Shown: piece after piece, positions 27,619 to 32,811 of the stretch | Position numbering within the stretch: position 1 is the first letter of the stretch | How the letters are laid out: each line of letters begins with the position of its first letter | From: Promethearchaeota archaeon | GTDB lineage: Archaea > Asgardarchaeota > Lokiarchaeia > Sigyniarchaeales > SOKP01 | Direction: 5' to 3' | NCBI GenBank assembly: GCA_048940445.1 | Contig: JBHLON010000036.1 | Location: forward strand, 1 to 32,811 | Length of the DNA: 32,811 nt | Notes under the pieces: model-generated | The model's input: the letters and a program-made list of their open reading frames with translations, nothing else | The model's database searches: none | What the model was told of the DNA's origin: nothing | Program-made: the position numbers and the translations under genes

Positions 27619-28185
27619 ATGCAAAAGGTTATCACATTGAAGAATGGAGAGAGGACTATCATACGACATGTTAAAGAATCAGATGTTGATGGGATTTGGA
27701 ATAACTTTAATGAAGTTGTTGAAGAGGGAATTTACATCCCTGTTTTGTCTCCCGTTAGATCTGAATTTGAAAAACACTCTTGGTATAGCAATATAAAAAA
27801 ACAGAATGAGATTTGTATAGTTGCTATTAATAAAAAATTAAAATCTCCCTATAATGTCATCGGAATGTGTGAAGTGTCTAATATAGATTGGGATGCTGCT
27901 TCTCATGTAGGAAGCCTAGGGATTATCGTTCAAAAAGATTATCGAGATATGGGAATAGGATTTAATTTAATAGATATGGCAATTCGTGAATCTAAACGAT
28001 TATTTCATAAAGAAAAAATAATATTAAGCTGTTTTTCTAATAATGAACGAGCTCTATACCTTTATCAGAAATTTGGTTTTCAGATTATAGGAATAAGAAA
28101 AAATCAATTTTTCATGGATTCAAAATATTATGATGAAGTGCTTATGGATTTATGGATTGATGATTATATAATGAAGCATAAATAA
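27619..28185 (+). CDS. GNAT-family N-acetyltransferase
   Basis: LGIIVQKDYRDMGIG (motif A), NERALYLYQKFGF (motif B). Confidence 0.9.
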   Translation: MQKVITLKNGERTIIRHVKESDVDGIWNNFNEVVEEGIYIPVLSPVRSEFEKHSWYSNIKKQNEICIVAINKKLKSPYNVIGMCEVSNIDWDAASHVGSLGIIVQKDYRDMGIGFNLIDMAIRESKRLFHKEKIILSCFSNNERALYLYQKFGFQIIGIRKNQFFMDSKYYDEVLMDLWIDDYIMKHK

Positions 28186-28203
28186 TCATTTCATTCCGCT
28201 TAT

Positions 28204-29643
28204 TCATGGAAACCTTGTTTTTCTCTCATAATGCACTCTACTTTCTGAAGTTAATGGATTGTTATTCAAAAAGATAAAGTTCAAGTTCTCCAAATCATCA
28301 ATATCCTGAATTCTAAATTCTGAAATACGATTATTCTCTAAAAAAAGAATAATTAAACTTTTAAGGTTTTTTAGGCCCTCCAGTTTAACGATTAAATTTT
28401 TATCTAAAAATAATTCTTGAAGTTTAGTTAAGTCGTCGATTCCTTCAATTTTCCTTATTTTGTTATTAGAAAGTTCCAATTTTGTTAAATTCGTTAGATT
28501 CTGTAAACCATCGATACGTTCAATTAAATTATTTGATAAATTTAATGTTTTTAATTCTAATAAGTTATGTAAACAACAAATTTGCTTAATAAAGTTATCA
28601 TTTAAACGGAGCGAAACTAATTTTACAAGACAAGCTAATTGAGACATCTCCTCTATCCTATTATCAGACAAATTTAAGCTTTTTAAATTATTTAATTTTT
28701 TTAGGTTTTCCATTTTCTCAATCCTATTATGACTAAGATTTAATAATTCTAAGTCCTTTAACTCCTCTAAATTTTCTATTTTTATAATTAAATTATGATC
28801 TAATGATAACTTTTTTATTTTTTTAACATTAAGATTCTCAATTTTCTCAATTTTATTCATAGCAAGCTTTAATTCTTCTAATTTCTTTAACTTATCCAAA
28901 TTTTCAATTTTTTGAATGCGATTTTCTGATAAATCAAGAACTTTTAAATTCTTTAAATGATCTAAGCCTTGAATCTTATTAATTTGATTCCTCCGTAACA
29001 TAAGATGTTCTAATCTTGTTAATCTATCAAAAGCAGGAATCTGTGAAAGGTCCTTAAGATTAAAGCTCTCACATTCTAAAAGAATAATTATCCCATTTTT
29101 CAATATAACATTATAACCCTTTTCATACGTATAAAAAAGATATAGAATTATATTAAAACAAATTTCTAAATGAAGTCCTTGGATTGAAAAATCGTGATCA
29201 TTGGTAAAAATATCCTCGGGAAAAGCCTTAATATCTGCTAAAAAATATTTCTTTATCACTTTTTTCAAAAAGTTCTTAATTATCTTATGAGCCTTCCTTG
29301 ATTTCAGTGAGTTTAAAATCTCAATTGCCATAAATTTTAGTTCAATATTTTTTTCATTAAATAAAGTAAATTCTAAAAGTGCAATTAGCTTGGGATGATG
29401 AAAATAATTATGTTTTAAAAACTCTCCAGCTAATAGACGTATCTCAATATCTTCATCAGAAAGAAATAATTGTTCAAAAAATCTGAAACTTTTGCCATCA
29501 TCAAGCTCTTTATAAACTTCTAATGCACTCTTCCTTAATGAAATATCATTAGAATTATTTATCCAATCTTTAAGGATAGAAAATCCTTCTTTTAACCCAA
29601 TATCATCAATATTTTCCTTAATATAATAAGGATCTAAATCCAT
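28204..29643 (-). CDS. Leucine-rich repeat protein (SDS22-like) with HEAT-like N-terminus
   Basis: About 12 repeats of LxxLxLxxNxIxKIExL, ending LNNNPL. N-terminal helical repeats (SDEDIEIRLLA). Confidence 0.9.
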   Translation of the reverse strand: MDLDPYYIKENIDDIGLKEGFSILKDWINNSNDISLRKSALEVYKELDDGKSFRFFEQLFLSDEDIEIRLLAGEFLKHNYFHHPKLIALLEFTLFNEKNIELKFMAIEILNSLKSRKAHKIIKNFLKKVIKKYFLADIKAFPEDIFTNDHDFSIQGLHLEICFNIILYLFYTYEKGYNVILKNGIIILLECESFNLKDLSQIPAFDRLTRLEHLMLRRNQINKIQGLDHLKNLKVLDLSENRIQKIENLDKLKKLEELKLAMNKIEKIENLNVKKIKKLSLDHNLIIKIENLEELKDLELLNLSHNRIEKMENLKKLNNLKSLNLSDNRIEEMSQLACLVKLVSLRLNDNFIKQICCLHNLLELKTLNLSNNLIERIDGLQNLTNLTKLELSNNKIRKIEGIDDLTKLQELFLDKNLIVKLEGLKNLKSLIILFLENNRISEFRIQDIDDLENLNFIFLNNNPLTSESRVHYERKTRFP

Positions 29644-30168
29644 AACAACAAAAATCTATATGCTTAAAGTATGGAATATCTTAAAGAATTTGAATATATC
29701 TTATCATTCATGCTTGTTAAAAGGTAAATTCTTTTAATTTTTAACTGTAATTCCTATCGTTTTTCGATTGTTTACTTCTTGAGTGTAGAATTTTATTGTG
29801 AGCTCAGAAGATTATAATTTTGATCTCAAAAAGTTTTTATTTGTGATCGCGATATTAAACTCCAAAAAAAAGAAAAAGATTTATTTTTCACCAGAACGCA
29901 ACGACTTTATAAATCAGATTATCGTTCTTTTTAAATAGTTTAAAAGAAATTCTTTTTCATATCGCACGTTTAATTTTTGGTTTAAAAAAATTTATAAAGG
30001 CGAAATTTATTATATTTGTAATTTTAATTTGTTATAATTTATCGATATTATTATACATAAAAAAAAATATAATAGAGATAAAAATATAAAAACAAAAATT
30101 TCTATTTGGAATATAATCAAACATCAAAAATAAAATCTAAAAAAATAAAAATAATAAGGCTGAAAAAT

Positions 30169-31314
30169 ATGGCAGAAGAAGAAAGTTTTTTAAACGCAAA
30201 AGCCTTAGTTGTTGACAATGGTACTGGCATTTCCAAAAATGGTTTTGCCGGTGAAGATCAACCACGTTCCGTCTTTCCAACCTTAATTGGATATCCAAAA
30301 TATGAGTCCATAATGACTGATGTCGAACATTATACTCGTGAATATTATATCGGGGAAGAAGCCATGCAACTAAAGGGAGTATTGAAATTAATGTTCCCTG
30401 TTGAGCATGGTATTATAGAAGATTGGACTGCTATGGAAAAGATTTGGCATTATACTTTTTATACCGACTTAAGAATTGATCCTAGTGAACACCCTGTTCT
30501 TCTTACAGAAGCTCCATTAAACCCTCGACCAAACAGAGAGAAAATGGCTGAGATTATGTTTGAAACATTTAATGTGCCAGCTTTGTATGTAGCAATGCAA
30601 GCAGTACTCTCTTTATATGCTTCTGGTCGTACTACTGGATGTGTTATAGATATTGGGGATGGAGTTTCACACGTCGTTCCAATTTTCGAAGGATTCGCTT
30701 TAAGTCATGCCATCCAAAGAATTGACTTAGCGGGTAGAGACATTACTACATATTTGCAAAGATTACTAAGACAAAAGGGATATTCATTTACCACTTCAGC
30801 AGAGAAAGAAATTGTTCGTGATATTAAAGAAAAACTCTGCTATGTAGCAATCGATCCTGAAAAAGAAATGATGTTGAGTAAAAAGGTGGCCGGAATGGAG
30901 AAAAGCTACATGCTCCCTGATGGAGAGACTATAAATGTGGGAGTAGAGCGATTTCTGGCTCCTGAATGTTTTTTTAATCCTTCAGTGATCGGGAAAGAGC
31001 TGGAACCTCTTGATGATGTAATTGTTGGTTCCATTTCTGAATGTGATGTCGATTTACGCCGTGACCTTTATAGCAATATCGTCCTTTCGGGCGGCAGCAC
31101 CATGTTTCCGGGCATCAAGGAGCGGTTAACGAAAGAAATTAAGGAACAAATTCCTGAGAGTGTTGATGTAAAGATTATCGCTCCACCAGAGCGTATGTAT
31201 TCTGTATGGATTGGTGGATCAATTCTAAGTTCACTCAAGACATTTCACCGCATGTGGGTTACTAGACGTGAGTATAAGGAAATGGGTCCCCAAGTAATTC
31301 ACCGCTGCTTCTAA
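30169..31314 (+). CDS. Actin (Lokiactin), 381 aa
   Basis: [77 protein letters not shown]-terminal HRCF. Start moved to the ATG at 30169. Confidence 0.97.
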   Translation: MAEEESFLNAKALVVDNGTGISKNGFAGEDQPRSVFPTLIGYPKYESIMTDVEHYTREYYIGEEAMQLKGVLKLMFPVEHGIIEDWTAMEKIWHYTFYTDLRIDPSEHPVLLTEAPLNPRPNREKMAEIMFETFNVPALYVAMQAVLSLYASGRTTGCVIDIGDGVSHVVPIFEGFALSHAIQRIDLAGRDITTYLQRLLRQKGYSFTTSAEKEIVRDIKEKLCYVAIDPEKEMMLSKKVAGMEKSYMLPDGETINVGVERFLAPECFFNPSVIGKELEPLDDVIVGSISECDVDLRRDLYSNIVLSGGSTMFPGIKERLTKEIKEQIPESVDVKIIAPPERMYSVWIGGSILSSLKTFHRMWVTRREYKEMGPQVIHRCF

Positions 31315-31331
31315 TGGGTTAATTTCTTAAA

Positions 31332-31364
31332 TTTTTTTTGCTATTTTTTTATTTTTCTTTTTTT
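31332..31364 (+). terminator. Oligo-T tracts after actin, probable archaeal intrinsic terminator
   Basis: Several consecutive T5-T8 runs starting about 18 nt after the actin stop. Confidence 0.5.
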
Positions 31365-31389
31365 AAAGTTAATATAGAATAAGTGTAAT

Positions 31390-32374
31390 GATTTAAGGTA
31401 AAGCCATAAAAGGTTACAAAAAGAAGGCTACAGAAAGGTCTTAGAGTGGTTCTTAATGGCTTTATCTTCGTGCGACTCAGACGTGGCTCTCTTTTGGTGC
31501 AATTTTTTAGCGTAAGCTATTTCCATCCCGTAGCATTCAGTACAGTACCAAGCATCGTAAGCTTTATTATAAACCATATTTCGGTGGCCTTTCCCACAGC
31601 TTACACATACAAGAATAGACTTATCGAATGAAAAACTTAGCTCAGTTTCTTGCTCTTGAAGCGCTCTAAATCTTTTTTTTTCATCAGAAATCATGTCTCT
31701 TACTGATTTGGGCTTTTCGTCGTTATATCGTGAAATATTAGTCCTTTCATTAAATAATCTTTTCCATTGAACATGAAACTCTTGTATTAATATATCACGT
31801 AGATTATCCCGAATTTTTTGAAGCTTTGGATTTTTGATAATAATTGCTCGTTTATCTTTCACAGGTATTGTAAACCTCTTTTTCTATTTAAATATGTGGG
31901 ATCTGATGTCATATTAATCCACAAGATGAGGGCGTAAAGAGAAACAATAGTCGAATATGAAAAGATTTGAAAATAATCTATTATATTAAGCGTATTTAGT
32001 TATTTATAAAAGAGATTGGTATTTTAATAACTAAAATTCCATGAATATAAATATATAGAACCCCAAGTCATTTATCTATGCCTTTAAGAAATCACGATTA
32101 ACCAAGATTAGACACTTTTTTTCTTATTGTAAATTTGATATAGAATAAGGATACCGATTTAAGATAAACCCATAAAAGGATACAAAAAGAAGGCTACAAA
32201 AAGGTCTTGGAGTGGTTCTTGATGGCTTTATCTTCGTGCGACTTAGACTTGGCTCTCTTTTGGCGCAATTTTTTAGCGTAAGCTCGTTCCATCCCGTAGC
32301 ATTCGGTGCAGTACCAAGCATTATAAGCTTTATTGTAAACCATGTCTCGATCTCCTTTTCCACAAGCTATACAT
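31390..32374. repeat. Direct repeat pair 31390..31608 / 32156..32374 (offset 766 nt)
   Basis: Ungapped manual alignment gives about 16 mismatches over the first 188 nt, covering the 3' end of both genes plus about 38 nt of downstream non-coding sequence. Confidence 0.85.
31428..31862 (-). CDS. Hypothetical Zn-finger protein (copy 1 of a tandem pair)
   Basis: CVSC...WYCTEC, 144 aa, GTG start, paralog of 32194..32628. Confidence 0.75.
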   Translation of the reverse strand: MKDKRAIIIKNPKLQKIRDNLRDILIQEFHVQWKRLFNERTNISRYNDEKPKSVRDMISDEKKRFRALQEQETELSFSFDKSILVCVSCGKGHRNMVYNKAYDAWYCTECYGMEIAYAKKLHQKRATSESHEDKAIKNHSKTFL

Positions 32375-32628
32375 TTGCAAATGGATTCATCTGATAGCTT
32401 CCTAAGATCATTTTGCTGTTCTTGATAAGCTCTAAATTCCTGAAGTTCATCCGAGGTAAAATCATCGACTGTTCTTCGAGTTCCTTTAGGTGTATATCTT
32501 AATCTATCCATGTCATCAAATAATTTATTCCATTTAGCACTCACAGCAGCAAGGAGAAGACGTCGTAAATTGTTTCTTATTTTCAGCAGTCGTGGGCTTT
32601 TAATAATAATTGCTCGTCTATCTTTCAT
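32194..32628 (-). CDS. Hypothetical Zn-finger protein (copy 2 of a tandem pair)
   Basis: CIAC...WYCTEC, 144 aa, identical C-terminus SHEDKAIKNHSKTFL. Confidence 0.78.
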   Translation of the reverse strand: MKDRRAIIIKSPRLLKIRNNLRRLLLAAVSAKWNKLFDDMDRLRYTPKGTRRTVDDFTSDELQEFRAYQEQQNDLRKLSDESICKCIACGKGDRDMVYNKAYNAWYCTECYGMERAYAKKLRQKRAKSKSHEDKAIKNHSKTFL

Positions 32629-32811
32629 AATATTATAGACTTGTTTTTGCTTTTTCTTAATTTTTATTTGTAAATCTTGACTAAATGCCTTGTTTTCTAG
32701 GTAAACGTTAATAATTTATTACAATTATTATAACTTTTTGACTCAAATTTAGAAAATAATAAAAAAAACTATTTTAATTTTTTATTTAAAGTATAAACGA
32801 GTAAACTAACC

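Noticed and set aside
28260-29020. Periodic sequence as a possible CRISPR array or DNA tandem repeat
   Set aside because: The periodicity is the ~22-aa LRR coding repeat; there are no identical nucleotide repeats with unique spacers.
30106-30168. Lys-rich N-terminal extension of actin in the ORF track
   Set aside because: It comes from a TTG in an A-rich leader. Actin homology starts at MAEEES (ATG 30169).
31895-31950. CTGATG / GATGAG...GAAAC elements resembling a hammerhead ribozyme or C/D box RNA
   Set aside because: The CUGAnGA core and flanking stems do not form, and there is no properly spaced C/D box pair.
31390-32374. Repeat pair as the template/variable repeats of a diversity-generating retroelement
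   Set aside because: No reverse transcriptase in the window, mismatches are not adenine-specific, and both copies lie in intact paralogous ORFs.
5054-32394. Short antisense or alternate-frame ORFs (5054..5299, 11258..11449, 15379..15678, 15995..17051, 19817..20137, 21459..21662, 24175..26493 set, 26884..27084, 28460..28642, 31446..31631, 32124..32363, 32212..32394)
   Set aside because: They overlap well-supported genes and have no recognisable motifs. The two similar antisense ORFs near the end simply mirror the gene duplication.

Overview
AT-rich archaeal chromosome segment, almost certainly from an Asgard archaeon of the Lokiarchaeia. Evidence: a eukaryote-like actin (Lokiactin), longin-like and Roadblock/LC7 proteins, a Rab-like small GTPase, an SDS22-type LRR protein, Hef and Rpo6. 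Most of it is housekeeping or metabolic (FGGY kinase, dehydrogenase-aldolase fusion, PAP nucleotidase, DinB, NadC, PurM, PurB, TldD/PmbA, UDP-GlcA decarboxylase, GNAT). The main finding is missed by the ORF track. The small-GTPase gene (22312..22932, minus) is interrupted inside its G3 strand by a 30-nt, stop-containing hairpin insert that folds with both exons into a bulge-helix-bulge-like (BHB/BHL) motif. Cutting at the canonical bulge positions restores LNIWDFAG exactly, so this is a candidate endonuclease-spliced intron in an mRNA. About 3.8 kb away, a tRNA-Val(CAC) carries two 32-nt introns at non-canonical positions (28/29 and 44/45) with similarly relaxed BHB motifs, suggesting the organism's splicing endonuclease accepts such substrates. 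Other notable items: an apparently inactive DHDPS domain fused to an APH kinase, a NikR paralog lacking its Ni ligands, a decayed DUF1724-like gene remnant, and two tandem paralog pairs. No CRISPR array, rRNA, transposase or integrase was seen. All folds and family assignments were made by eye, without tools.
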